64,000 nucleotides of DNA from Patescibacteria group bacterium (GTDB lineage: Bacteria; Patescibacteriota; Patescibacteriia; Buchananbacterales; UBA6539). The notes under the pieces were generated by a model. The model was given only the letters and a program-made list of their open reading frames with translations, ran no database searches and was not told the origin of the DNA. Below are positions 9,076-18,160 of this stretch, piece after piece; the stretch's first letter is position 1; every line of letters begins with the position of its first letter. The stretch lies in NCBI GenBank assembly GCA_041662625.1, contig JBAZSB010000001.1:617385-681384 (forward strand), given 5' to 3'. The translations under genes were made by a program, and so were the position numbers.

Positions 9076-10396
9076 TTTAATGAAAAATTTATTACAAATT
9101 ACTTCAATGGACAAGAATCTTAAAAAATATCACCAGGCAGTCAATTATCTTGAATCAATTACCAATCTGGAACAACCCGACTACCTTAAAAAAACTAGTG
9201 GTCGGTCTTTATTTTTAAAACGGTTTAATTATTTTCTAAAGATTTTGGGTAACCCTCAGCAGGGCTTAAATTATATCCATATTGGCGGCACTTCGGGTAA
9301 AGGATCGACCGCCACGATGATTCAATCAATTTTAACTGAAGCCGGTTTTAAAACCGGGCTTTTTACCTCACCTTTTTTAACTACTTCGATTGAAAAAATT
9401 AAAATTGATGATTTATTGATTAGCCCTGATGAATTTACTAATTTAGTGGAAAAACTAAAGCCCGCCGTTGATAAAGCTTATCTGACTTCTCCCTATGGCC
9501 GGCCGTCGTATTTTGAAATTTTTACCGCCTTAGCATTTTTATATTTCCGGCAAAAAAAATGCGATTGGGTGGTTCTGGAAGTTGGCTTAGGCGGCCGCTA
9601 TGACGCCACTAATGTCATCCCACCGCCAAAAATTACAGTAATTAATTTAATCGGCTATGACCACGTTGAATTATTAGGCAAAACTTTGACTAAAATTGCC
9701 ACGGAAAAAGCCGGCATCATCAAGCCTAAAACCAGTTTTTTTACCACCGCCAAAAATAATAAAAAGGTCTTGGCAATTTTTCAAAAAGCCTGTAAAAAAA
9801 ATCAGGCAGAGTTTAATATTGTAGGCTGGCCAAAAACAGAATATCGGCTGAATTTACTGGGTAAACACCAGCAAGGCAATGCCGCTTTAGCTGCGGCGGT
9901 AGCCAAAAAACTTGGCATCAACGAAGCCAAAATTAAAGCCGGACTGGCCAAAGTTAAAATGCCTTGCCGCCTGGAAATTATTCAAAAAAATCCCCTAATA
10001 ATTTTGGATGGGGCCCATAACGTTTCTAAAATAAAGACAACAGTTGATTTTATAAGAAATTTGACATATCAAAAATTATATATTATTATTGCCCTAACTA
10101 AAGAAAGGAATGGATCAGATATTTTCAAAAAAATAAAATTGCTAGCCAATCATTCATTTGTCACCAGGTTTCAGTCAATCCACCACAAATGTTACCCGCC
10201 AAAAGATCTAGCTAAAAGAATAAATTCTAGAAAGCCAGTTGAAATTTGTCTTGATCCGCAAATAGCTCTAAACCAAGCGCTAAAAATCGCTAATAAAAAA
10301 GATTTAATTCTGGTGACTGGCTCATTCTATTTAGCCGGCGAGCTACGAACTAACTGGCGAAGTGAAGAAAAAATATTAAAAGAAAGGAAAGTCTAA
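9053..10396 (+). CDS. Mur ligase family protein, FolC-like (folylpolyglutamate synthase / dihydrofolate synthase-like)
   Basis: P-loop IGGTSGKGSTATMI, Mur-ligase middle and C-terminal (DGAHN) motifs; true start may be the downstream Met (MKNLLQ...). Confidence 0.65.
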   Translation: MDFDITLYLMKNLLQITSMDKNLKKYHQAVNYLESITNLEQPDYLKKTSGRSLFLKRFNYFLKILGNPQQGLNYIHIGGTSGKGSTATMIQSILTEAGFKTGLFTSPFLTTSIEKIKIDDLLISPDEFTNLVEKLKPAVDKAYLTSPYGRPSYFEIFTALAFLYFRQKKCDWVVLEVGLGGRYDATNVIPPPKITVINLIGYDHVELLGKTLTKIATEKAGIIKPKTSFFTTAKNNKKVLAIFQKACKKNQAEFNIVGWPKTEYRLNLLGKHQQGNAALAAAVAKKLGINEAKIKAGLAKVKMPCRLEIIQKNPLIILDGAHNVSKIKTTVDFIRNLTYQKLYIIIALTKERNGSDIFKKIKLLANHSFVTRFQSIHHKCYPPKDLAKRINSRKPVEICLDPQIALNQALKIANKKDLILVTGSFYLAGELRTNWRSEEKILKERKV

Positions 10397-10398
10397 CA

Positions 10399-12645
10399 AT
10401 GCCAAAAAACTTAGTCATCGTCGAAAGTCCGACGAAGGCCAAAACTATCTCAAAATTTCTGGGGCGCGACTACAAAATCGAGTCCTCTTTTGGTCATATC
10501 CGCGATTTGCCAAAAAGCAAGTTGGGTGTTGACGTTGATAATAATTTTGAACCGCAGTACGTCATCCCGCCCAAAGCCAAAAAGCGGGTCGGCGAACTAA
10601 AAAAATTGGCCGATAAATCCGACTTGATCTATTTTGCCACTGACGAAGACCGCGAAGGCGAAGCCATTTCTTGGCATTTGGTTGAAATTTTAAAAACGCC
10701 AAAAAGTAAAATTAAACGTATTGTTTTTCATGAAATTACCGAGGAAGCAATCCAAGACGCTTTAAAGAATCCCCGGACTATTGATTTGAATCTGGTTGAT
10801 GCCCAACAAGCGCGCCGGGTTTTGGACCGCCTGGTTGGTTACCAGCTTTCGCCGCTACTTTGGAAAAAAGTGGCCCGGGGGCTTTCGGCTGGCCGGGTCC
10901 AATCAGTTGCTGTTCGGTTAATTGTTGAACGCGAACGCGAAATTCAAGCTTTCAAAGCCGAAGAATATTGGAGTATTGAAACTATATTTTGTCCCCAAAA
11001 AGTTAAAACCGGGGAAAAACCAATTGAATTTGGCGCTCAGCTAAATCAAATTGACGACAAGACAATTGATAAACTGGCCATTAAAAATCAAGAACAAGCC
11101 GATAAAATCCTGGCGGATTTAAAAAATGCCCAGTACATTATTACTGATTTAGAGAAAAAAGCCACCAAAAAAAATCCCCTACCTCCTTTTACCACTTCCA
11201 CCTTGCAGCAAGCCGCCAATAACCGCTTGGGTTTTTCTGCCAAACAAACCATGATGTTCGCCCAGCAACTTTATGAAGGGGTAGAGCTGGGCAGCCAAGG
11301 GGCTGTAGGTTTAATCACCTATATGAGAACTGACTCGCTTAACCTGGCTGATAAATTTTTGACTGAGGCTCAAAGTTATATTAAAGATAAATTCGGCGAT
11401 GATTACACCCACGGTAAAAAATTATACAAAGCCAAATCAAAAATGGCCCAAGAGGCCCACGAAGCCATCCGGCCGACCTCTGCCTCTAATGATCCAGAAT
11501 CAGTCAAACAATATTTGGATGACCGCCAATACAAACTCTATAAATTGATTTGGCAGCGCGCTTTGGCTAGCCAAATGAGCGAAGCAGTAATGGATAATAC
11601 CCGAGTTGATATCAAAGCCCAGGCAACTCCTTATACTTTCCGGGCCACTGGGTCAATTATTAAATTTGCCGGCTTTTTGAAAGTCTACCCCACCAGCACC
11701 AAAGAAAATATCCTGCCTGAATTAAAAATTAAAGATGAACTTGATTTGATCGCCATTGATCCCAACCAGCATTTCACCCAGCCACCAGCCCGCTATTCCG
11801 AAGCAACTTTAGTTAAAGCTTTGGAAGAATATGATATTGGCCGGCCCTCAACTTACGCGCCGACTATTTCCACCATTCAGGACAGAAACTACGTGGTTAA
11901 AGAAGATAAAAGACTTAAACCAACTGAAATCGGCATTTTAGTCAATGATCTGCTGGTTGAACATTTCCCGGAAATTGTTGACTATAAATTTACCGCTCGT
12001 CTGGAAGATGACTTGGATGAAATTGCTGAAGGTAAAATCAAATGGCAGCCAGTGATTCACGAATTTTGGGGACCATTCAAAAAAAACTTGGACAAAAAGG
12101 ATAAAGAATTAAGTAAAAAGGAATTGACCGAAACCAAAACCGATGAAATTTGTGAGAAGTGCGGAAAACCAATGGTGGTTAAAATCGGCCGGTTCGGTAA
12201 ATTTTTGGCCTGCACTGGCTACCCGGAATGTAAAAATACCAAACCAATTAGTAACTCTGATTTTGAACCGCCAGCGCCACCCCAAGAAACCGGCGAAAAA
12301 TGTCCTGAGTGCGGCAGTCCTTTAGTTAAAAGAAAAGGCCGCTTCGGCGAATTCGTTGGCTGCTCTAATTATCCCAAATGTAAATATATCAAAAAACAAC
12401 CGGCTCAAGAATTCGGCACTTGCCCCAAATGTGGCCAGGGTAAAATCACAGGCAAACGTTCCCGCCGCGGCTGGTTCTATGGCTGCAACCGCTATCCGGA
12501 TTGTAATTTTGCCTTATGGGGCAAGCCAGTGATTGAAGAGGGTAAAAATGAACCCCAGACTTGCCCGGACTGCAGCTCAATTCTAGTCTACGGACCAAAT
12601 GACACAATCAAATGCAGTGCTAAAGGTTGTAAATATAAAAAATAA
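10399..12645 (+). CDS. topA: DNA topoisomerase I with C-terminal zinc ribbons
   Basis: 748 aa; TOPRIM (LVIVESPTKAKTI, ATDEDREGEAI), active-site region (GLITYMRTDS), three to four C4 zinc fingers at C-terminus. Confidence 0.95.
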   Translation: MPKNLVIVESPTKAKTISKFLGRDYKIESSFGHIRDLPKSKLGVDVDNNFEPQYVIPPKAKKRVGELKKLADKSDLIYFATDEDREGEAISWHLVEILKTPKSKIKRIVFHEITEEAIQDALKNPRTIDLNLVDAQQARRVLDRLVGYQLSPLLWKKVARGLSAGRVQSVAVRLIVEREREIQAFKAEEYWSIETIFCPQKVKTGEKPIEFGAQLNQIDDKTIDKLAIKNQEQADKILADLKNAQYIITDLEKKATKKNPLPPFTTSTLQQAANNRLGFSAKQTMMFAQQLYEGVELGSQGAVGLITYMRTDSLNLADKFLTEAQSYIKDKFGDDYTHGKKLYKAKSKMAQEAHEAIRPTSASNDPESVKQYLDDRQYKLYKLIWQRALASQMSEAVMDNTRVDIKAQATPYTFRATGSIIKFAGFLKVYPTSTKENILPELKIKDELDLIAIDPNQHFTQPPARYSEATLVKALEEYDIGRPSTYAPTISTIQDRNYVVKEDKRLKPTEIGILVNDLLVEHFPEIVDYKFTARLEDDLDEIAEGKIKWQPVIHEFWGPFKKNLDKKDKELSKKELTETKTDEICEKCGKPMVVKIGRFGKFLACTGYPECKNTKPISNSDFEPPAPPQETGEKCPECGSPLVKRKGRFGEFVGCSNYPKCKYIKKQPAQEFGTCPKCGQGKITGKRSRRGWFYGCNRYPDCNFALWGKPVIEEGKNEPQTCPDCSSILVYGPNDTIKCSAKGCKYKK

Positions 12646-12669
12646 GATATAAGAAACAAGATATAATCT

Positions 12670-13224
12670 ATGTCTTTTTTTAATATAATCATGATTGCAA
12701 TTGCTTTATCTTTGGACGCCATGGCGGTGGCGGCAGTCAGCGGGACGCAAGATCGGCATATAACTTTCAGACAATCACTAAAAATTGCTCTCTCTTTTGG
12801 TTTTTTCCAATTTTTTATGCCACTAGTCGGCTGGATCGCCGGCGTTGGTTTAAAAGATTTTATCTCTGGATTTGATCATTGGATAGCATTTCTACTTCTG
12901 GTTGTTATTGGCTTAAAAATGTTAATGGAATCTTTTAGCCCTGCCAAAACAAACCGGGTTGACATAAACAACTGGAAAGTATCAATTTTACTATCTTTAG
13001 CTACTAGTATTGATGCCTTGATTGTTGGTATAACTTTTGCTCTACTGCCGGTGAAAATCTGGTTTGCCGCTATAATGATTGGTATTACTACCATAATTTT
13101 ATCTCTAGCGGCAATTTATATTGGTAAAAAATTTGGTGAACTTTGGGGTAAAAAATCCGAAGCAATCGGTGGCCTAGTACTGATTGGAATCGGCTTAAAA
13201 ATCTTGCTAGGACATTTATTTTAA
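12670..13224 (+). CDS. mntP: manganese efflux pump MntP (DUF204)
   Basis: 184 aa, 6 TM, internal duplication with conserved DAMAV / DALIVG motifs. Confidence 0.8.
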   Translation: MSFFNIIMIAIALSLDAMAVAAVSGTQDRHITFRQSLKIALSFGFFQFFMPLVGWIAGVGLKDFISGFDHWIAFLLLVVIGLKMLMESFSPAKTNRVDINNWKVSILLSLATSIDALIVGITFALLPVKIWFAAIMIGITTIILSLAAIYIGKKFGELWGKKSEAIGGLVLIGIGLKILLGHLF

Positions 13225-13245
13225 ATTTAAAAAAACTTAACAAAC

Positions 13246-13273
13246 AAAAAACCCTCCATTAGGAGGATTTTTT
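13246..13273 (+). terminator. intrinsic terminator after mntP
   Basis: aaaaCCCTCCattaGGAGGatttttt. Confidence 0.75.
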
Positions 13274-13530
13274 GTAACCTACGCAAAGAGGAAAAATCAA
13301 TATATTGCCGCCATCGAATAGGAAACTACCGACAAAGCCAGATAGACTGGGAGTACTAGCGTGGCGGTCAAAACGGTAAATGTTCGGGAAATGTCAAAAT
13401 CGAAATCTGTTGGCTGCTCGCGAACTTGCGGTTGGATACATTCTTGCTTTTCCATACTTTTTGTTTTTATTTTTTAGATATCCCTCGCACAAAGCTTGGG
13501 CTGAAATTTTTAAGGAACAAAAGTTTTTTT

Positions 13531-13555
13531 GTCCCGACCTTTCGGGACTTTTTGT
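13531..13555. terminator. hairpin + U-tract (GTCCCGA palindrome family), bidirectional-looking
   Basis: tttttttGTCCCGAcctttCGGGACtttttg; A/T runs on both sides. Confidence 0.5.
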
Positions 13556-13820
13556 TTTTGCGCCCGTCAATTGTCTTAGGGCATGGTCTCACCAAAAGCC
13601 CCGAGCGACTGGCTTCAAAATAAGCTAAAGGGAGTCGAGGGGCGGAGGCGGACAATTTAAAAAGATAGGTCTTGGGCCTATCTGTATCATCTATAACCAG
13701 TATAGCATACCTAGCAATAAAAGTCAAGCGGAACGGGCGAAATTTTAATTAAATATTATAATATTTTAATATTAAAATTGATTCAATATTAAAAATTAGA
13801 AATTGAAAATTAACTAAAAT

Positions 13821-13882
13821 GCGGCTGAAAGAGAGATGAACCCTGAAACCATGTTGATGCTAGGGTTCTCCTTTCAGACCGC
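13821..13882. other. long near-perfect hairpin (about 21 bp stem with 2 mismatches) in a 1.3 kb non-coding region
   Basis: GCGGCTGAAAGAGAGatgAACCCTgaaaccatgttgatgctAGGGTTCTCCTTTCAGACCGC. Confidence 0.5.
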
Positions 13883-14596
13883 AGAATTATGATAGCAAAT
13901 CTAACTTTATTTGGCAATAAAATATGTATGTATATAATTTGACCCGGACCTGTAAATTACCAGATCCGGGGGTGGACAAGGTTCGTTCTGCGTCAGCGAA
14001 GAGCCTTCCGAATAATGGACTTTTTGTTCGTGGCGGTATGCATCTACTAAAATTGCTACGAGTTGTAGTCGCTAGCAAACTACCATAGCTAATTCCTTCG
14101 ACACAGTGACCGGGCGTTGCCTCTCGTACACCAAACGAATTGTCACGCCGAAGTAGTTAAGAGAGGATTAACCTCTCCCCGAGGGCCCTTCGGCCAACCC
14201 TCAGCTAGTCGACAGCTTCTTCATGAGATGGATCCTCCGTGCGATTGGGGTTGCGGTTAAACTACACTACATTTGTCTTGCCAGCTCTGCCGCTGTTCCG
14301 TATTGACTTTACTGATGCAGTCTAGCGAGCAAACCTGACTTATTAATATTACACATTTTTCGAAAAAAGTCAAGGATTTGCTAAAAATATTGTGGCTATT
14401 TCACTTAAATAAATTTCAGATTTTAAGATAATAAAGTTTCAAGATAAAAAGAAAACACCCCAAGTAAAACCAAGGGTGTTTTCCGGTTTCTAGGATTATT
14501 CCTAGCATCAATATCGGCATCTTAGCACAGATTTATCAACTTGTCAAGGCTTAATAAAAAGAGTAGGCTAAAAATAGACAAAGTAACATAAATAAT

Positions 14597-15640
14597 ATGG
14601 CTAAAAAATCTATGGCTAGAAGATTAAAAACTCTAACTAAAAGTAAGGTCAGCCCCAAAATTATTGCCGGGGTTATTGTTTTAATTGGCTTAATCGGCCT
14701 ATCTTTTGTTGGCTCTTCACTGCTAAGCACCTTTAATATTGCTATCACCAATACTAATGATAGTTCCAAGGGCGGCAGCACCAACGAACCCGGTTTAGTC
14801 GCCTATTATCGGTTTGATGAAGGCTCAGGTAATACAGCTACTGATAAAATTATCCAAAACAACGGCACAATTTACGGGGCTCAATGGACTGATAATGCTA
14901 TTTCAGGCAAAGCTTTAAATTTTGTTGGTGCTAATAATTATGTTGAGGTTCCTCATCATGATGTTTTAAATCTGACTGATGTGATTACGATTTCAGTCTG
15001 GATAAAATTGAACAAAACTGTGGCTGAACAAACTTATCAATACATGATTGTCAATAAATCAAACTGGACTGGTAAAGATGGCTTCCAACTTGTCTTTAAT
15101 AAACCTTATTCTAATAATTTAATTTTCAGGATCCTGTATGAAAATACTTTTAAAGATGCAGCTTGGGATGCCTCCAGTCTCAAAAAAAATATTTGGTATC
15201 ATCTTGTCGGCACTTATGACAAAAAATTTATTAAACTCTTTGTTGATGGCCAACTCAAAGCAATTGTAAGTCTAAGTAAGCCAATTGATATTACCACTAA
15301 CAAACTGTATATTGGCAACCCAGGAGCAGATTATTTTAATGGCAGCATTGATGAAGTAAAAATCTACGGTAAAACTCTAACTGATGATGAAATTTCTGCT
15401 GCCTACCTGAATACTCGCTGTAAAAGAGATAACATTGACCCTAGTAACATAACCGGCGCCCAGCATAATATGATAGTAAATTTCCCTGCTAATTTAACAA
15501 CGGCAGAAATAAATGGGATCTTGAGCGCTTATCCCTGGATGAATCCTTATAATTTAAACGCCTGCGATAAAATATTTTTGATTCAAAACGTGAATAATTC
15601 TTTCACTGATCCAGCTTTTGCTCCAATCTTTACTTATTAA
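14597..15640 (+). CDS. membrane-anchored secreted protein with LamG / concanavalin-A-like lectin domain
   Basis: N-terminal anchor MAKKSMARRLKTLTKSKVSPKIIAGVIVLIGLIGLSFVGSSLLS; LamG hallmarks (LVAYYRFDEGSG...GKALNFVG.NYVEVPHH...ITISVWIK...WYHLVGTYD...LFVDGQL...DEVKIY...LTDDEI). Confidence 0.8.
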   Translation: MAKKSMARRLKTLTKSKVSPKIIAGVIVLIGLIGLSFVGSSLLSTFNIAITNTNDSSKGGSTNEPGLVAYYRFDEGSGNTATDKIIQNNGTIYGAQWTDNAISGKALNFVGANNYVEVPHHDVLNLTDVITISVWIKLNKTVAEQTYQYMIVNKSNWTGKDGFQLVFNKPYSNNLIFRILYENTFKDAAWDASSLKKNIWYHLVGTYDKKFIKLFVDGQLKAIVSLSKPIDITTNKLYIGNPGADYFNGSIDEVKIYGKTLTDDEISAAYLNTRCKRDNIDPSNITGAQHNMIVNFPANLTTAEINGILSAYPWMNPYNLNACDKIFLIQNVNNSFTDPAFAPIFTY

Positions 15641-15652
15641 TACCTAAAAGAT

Positions 15653-16990
15653 ATGAATAAAAAAATACTTTTGTATCTAACCATTATTCTACTAGTTTTA
15701 GGCTCAGTAACCATTCTAAGTTACCCCGTATTGGCTAGACGCGCCGGCACTCAATACTATTTTAAAGCTGAAACTGGTTTCCCTTGTGGCGGGCTTTGTA
15801 CTGCCCAGGGCATACGCCCTCTTGGTTCAGAGGCTGGTTGTTCTTATGAATGTAAACCTGATTTTACACCTTTATGTTCAGATAACACTAACCCGAATTG
15901 GCCTTATGTTGATTATACAGTTGTTTGCACATTAAAAGCCGACTGCGGCTGTGACATAAAAGATCCTCATTGCGCTTCAGAATCGCAACACTGCGAGGAG
16001 AATGAAATAAGTTCTGAATTCACACCACCGGCCGATAACCCAGATGCTTTACCTTGTGGTGGCCATTCTTGTTGTCAAATTGCTTCAACCAGATCGTACA
16101 CCCAATGTATTGCTTGTACTCAGGAATTTAAAAATGGTCAGCTAATAGATATAAATGAGTGCGTCAAGGCAGAAGAATGTGGTGATCCTTGTTTGCAATG
16201 TCCGCCAGCCCATTGTGTTGTGCTTGACGCCAATAAAACCGGCCGTGATGTCGGCTACAAGTGTGTTCCTGATGAACCTACCCAGAAAAGCGCAGCAGGG
16301 GGCAGTAGCTACAGCGGATCCCCGGATGGTATTAAAACCAGTGATCTCGATGATAGCAGTATAACGGATGAAAATGGAAATGTTACCCCCTATCCTAAAT
16401 GCAAAAAGTGCAATAAAATTACTGAAATTGAATGTGAAGGCACACTAGGTAACTGGTGCTGCAAAAAAGGAAAAGAAACTTGCGGTGAAAAACCTCTGGC
16501 CGGATTAGGAACTAAAATTAAGGCTTGTGACCCTATCAGTTGCCCGACCGGTAATTACCCATCAGAGAACACCGTTAAATGCAATGGCGATGGCGAAGCG
16601 GCAGCGGCAATTTGTTGTAAACCAAATCCTGATGGTTCTAGCCCTTGCGGTAAAATTACAGTAACAAAACGAAGTCCCTTGCCACCATTTAAGATGATGA
16701 CTGTCACTGTTCCCACTTGCGTGCCTCCCGGTGATTGCAATTCTTCCTCAGAAGGCTATTGTGGTACTACTACTGATGGCAAGGCTGTTTGTTGTAAAGC
16801 CTCAGAAAATCAAAAATGTGTTCAGGTGGACGGGAAAAATCAACCAGCTTGCCAACCTTCAAGTTGTCCTTCTGGTCAAGTAAAATGTACCGGCAAAATT
16901 GAAGAGGCTGGACATACATCAACAGTCAGCATCTGCTGTAAGGCTTGTGGTGATCGTCACCCTAATGGTGCACCTTCCTGTGCTGATTAA
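15653..16990 (+). CDS. secreted cysteine-rich repeat protein
   Basis: 445 aa; N-terminal signal/TM, roughly 60 Cys in CxC / CC / CxxC patterns (…CCKPNPDGSSPCGK…, …ICCKACGDRHPNGAPSCAD). Confidence 0.6.
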   Translation: MNKKILLYLTIILLVLGSVTILSYPVLARRAGTQYYFKAETGFPCGGLCTAQGIRPLGSEAGCSYECKPDFTPLCSDNTNPNWPYVDYTVVCTLKADCGCDIKDPHCASESQHCEENEISSEFTPPADNPDALPCGGHSCCQIASTRSYTQCIACTQEFKNGQLIDINECVKAEECGDPCLQCPPAHCVVLDANKTGRDVGYKCVPDEPTQKSAAGGSSYSGSPDGIKTSDLDDSSITDENGNVTPYPKCKKCNKITEIECEGTLGNWCCKKGKETCGEKPLAGLGTKIKACDPISCPTGNYPSENTVKCNGDGEAAAAICCKPNPDGSSPCGKITVTKRSPLPPFKMMTVTVPTCVPPGDCNSSSEGYCGTTTDGKAVCCKASENQKCVQVDGKNQPACQPSSCPSGQVKCTGKIEEAGHTSTVSICCKACGDRHPNGAPSCAD

Positions 16991-17013
16991 TAAACAAAAT
17001 ATAAATTAAAAGA

Positions 17014-17043
17014 AACAGCCGTCACGACTTGCTGACGGCTGTC
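17014..17043. terminator. bidirectional hairpin between convergent genes
   Basis: CAGCCGTCAcgacttgcTGACGGCTG 9-bp stem; separates the 15653 gene (+) from the 17022 gene (-). Confidence 0.55.
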
Positions 17044-17384
17044 ATAATAGCGCTCGATCGAACATCCAGCTCGGCAAGCTGGTCGATGATCGCCATGAGA
17101 AACACCTCGTCTCTCGGGGTCAATGCGTGGGCATCGATCCACGGGAAAGCTTGAATCAACTCATCATAGCGATTCACAAAGTGTTCCTTGTCTTGCTGGA
17201 ACTGCGCGAGCAGCTGCTGCTGCTCAGCAGTTAGGTTGCTGGGATCAATTTCCCGCCACCCCTGGTAGGCTTGCTGCAACTCTAGGTTGCCTTTCAAAGC
17301 CTGCTTCACAGGAGTACTAGCGCAACCAGCGCCAACAACCAGTAATATCACCAGCCAAAGAGCAGTAGTCTGTTTCATTCTCAT
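17022..17384 (-). CDS. GC-rich lipoprotein of unknown function (Gram-negative-type lipobox), likely horizontally acquired
   Basis: SD GGAGGA 5 nt upstream of ATG (MRMKQTTALWLVILLVVGAGCAS...); lipobox VGAGC; locally GC-rich relative to the flanks. Confidence 0.55.
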   Translation of the reverse strand: MRMKQTTALWLVILLVVGAGCASTPVKQALKGNLELQQAYQGWREIDPSNLTAEQQQLLAQFQQDKEHFVNRYDELIQAFPWIDAHALTPRDEVFLMAIIDQLAELDVRSSAIMTAVSKS

Positions 17385-17462
17385 GTCCTCCACCCCGAAA
17401 ACGGGGTTAGCTTTTCAACCTGGTTTTATTCCTAAATTATACAATACCATAAATTTATCCTC

Positions 17463-18122
17463 TTGTCAAGCACATTTTCCAATGCTATAATTGCCTTGAT
17501 GAAAGAAAAAATCACAAAGGTAATTTTGATTAGTTTGGGAATTTTTTTTATTGCCTTTGGCACTTTTGCCATGGACTTTGGTATTTACCGCGGCAAACCC
17601 GGCTGGTTGCTCTGGCTCTGCTATTGGGGCATGGTCATTATCGGCTTTGGCATTTTAACTAAAAATGGCTATCTCATTTTAAGCCAAATAAATATTTTAA
17701 CTATTCCCCTGCTCTTTTGGAACATCGACTTTACTCATTATCTTGCAACCGGCAAAGACCTTTGGGGCATTACCGATTATTTCTTTGGCGAGATGCTAAA
17801 GACTGCCCGCTTCATCAGTTTCGAACATCTTTTTTTATTACCCCTAACACTTCTGGCGCTTTATTTAATTAAGATTAATAAAAAAGGCGCCTGGAAACTC
17901 AGTCTGGCGCAACTCGCCCTGTTTTTTGTCTTAAGCCGGCTTTTCACTAATCCCGAACATAATGTCAATTGCGTTTTTGTTTCTTGCTACCCGTTTTTTC
18001 CTACTGATAGCTGGCATCCCTTAAGATGGTTTTTGGTTTATGGCGCCATGATTTTGTTTACTTATTGGATCATAAGCGTTATGCCACTTTTTAAAAAGAA
18101 AATTGCTAAAAAAAATCAATGA
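17463..18122 (+). CDS. polytopic membrane protein, unknown function
   Basis: 219 aa with about 6 hydrophobic helices; start may be the internal Met (MKEKITKV...). Confidence 0.45.
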   Translation: MSSTFSNAIIALMKEKITKVILISLGIFFIAFGTFAMDFGIYRGKPGWLLWLCYWGMVIIGFGILTKNGYLILSQINILTIPLLFWNIDFTHYLATGKDLWGITDYFFGEMLKTARFISFEHLFLLPLTLLALYLIKINKKGAWKLSLAQLALFFVLSRLFTNPEHNVNCVFVSCYPFFPTDSWHPLRWFLVYGAMILFTYWIISVMPLFKKKIAKKNQ

Positions 18123-18160
18123 GCCTATAATAAAATTAGCCAATAATTAACCAAAACTTT

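Noticed and set aside
12646-12669. Possible Mn2+ riboswitch upstream of mntP
   Set aside because: Only 24 nt separate topA and mntP, with no room for an aptamer.
13380-14078. Small overlapping ORFs (13380-13628, 13426-13623, 13467-13727, 13887-14078) in the long non-coding region
   Set aside because: Mutually overlapping in different frames with no SD and no similarity. The region looks RNA-structured rather than coding.
13290-14590. Possibility that this region is the tmRNA
   Set aside because: No GGGG...TTCGAC 5' end or tRNA-like 3' end was found here. The genuine ssrA was identified next to smpB at 39414-39802.
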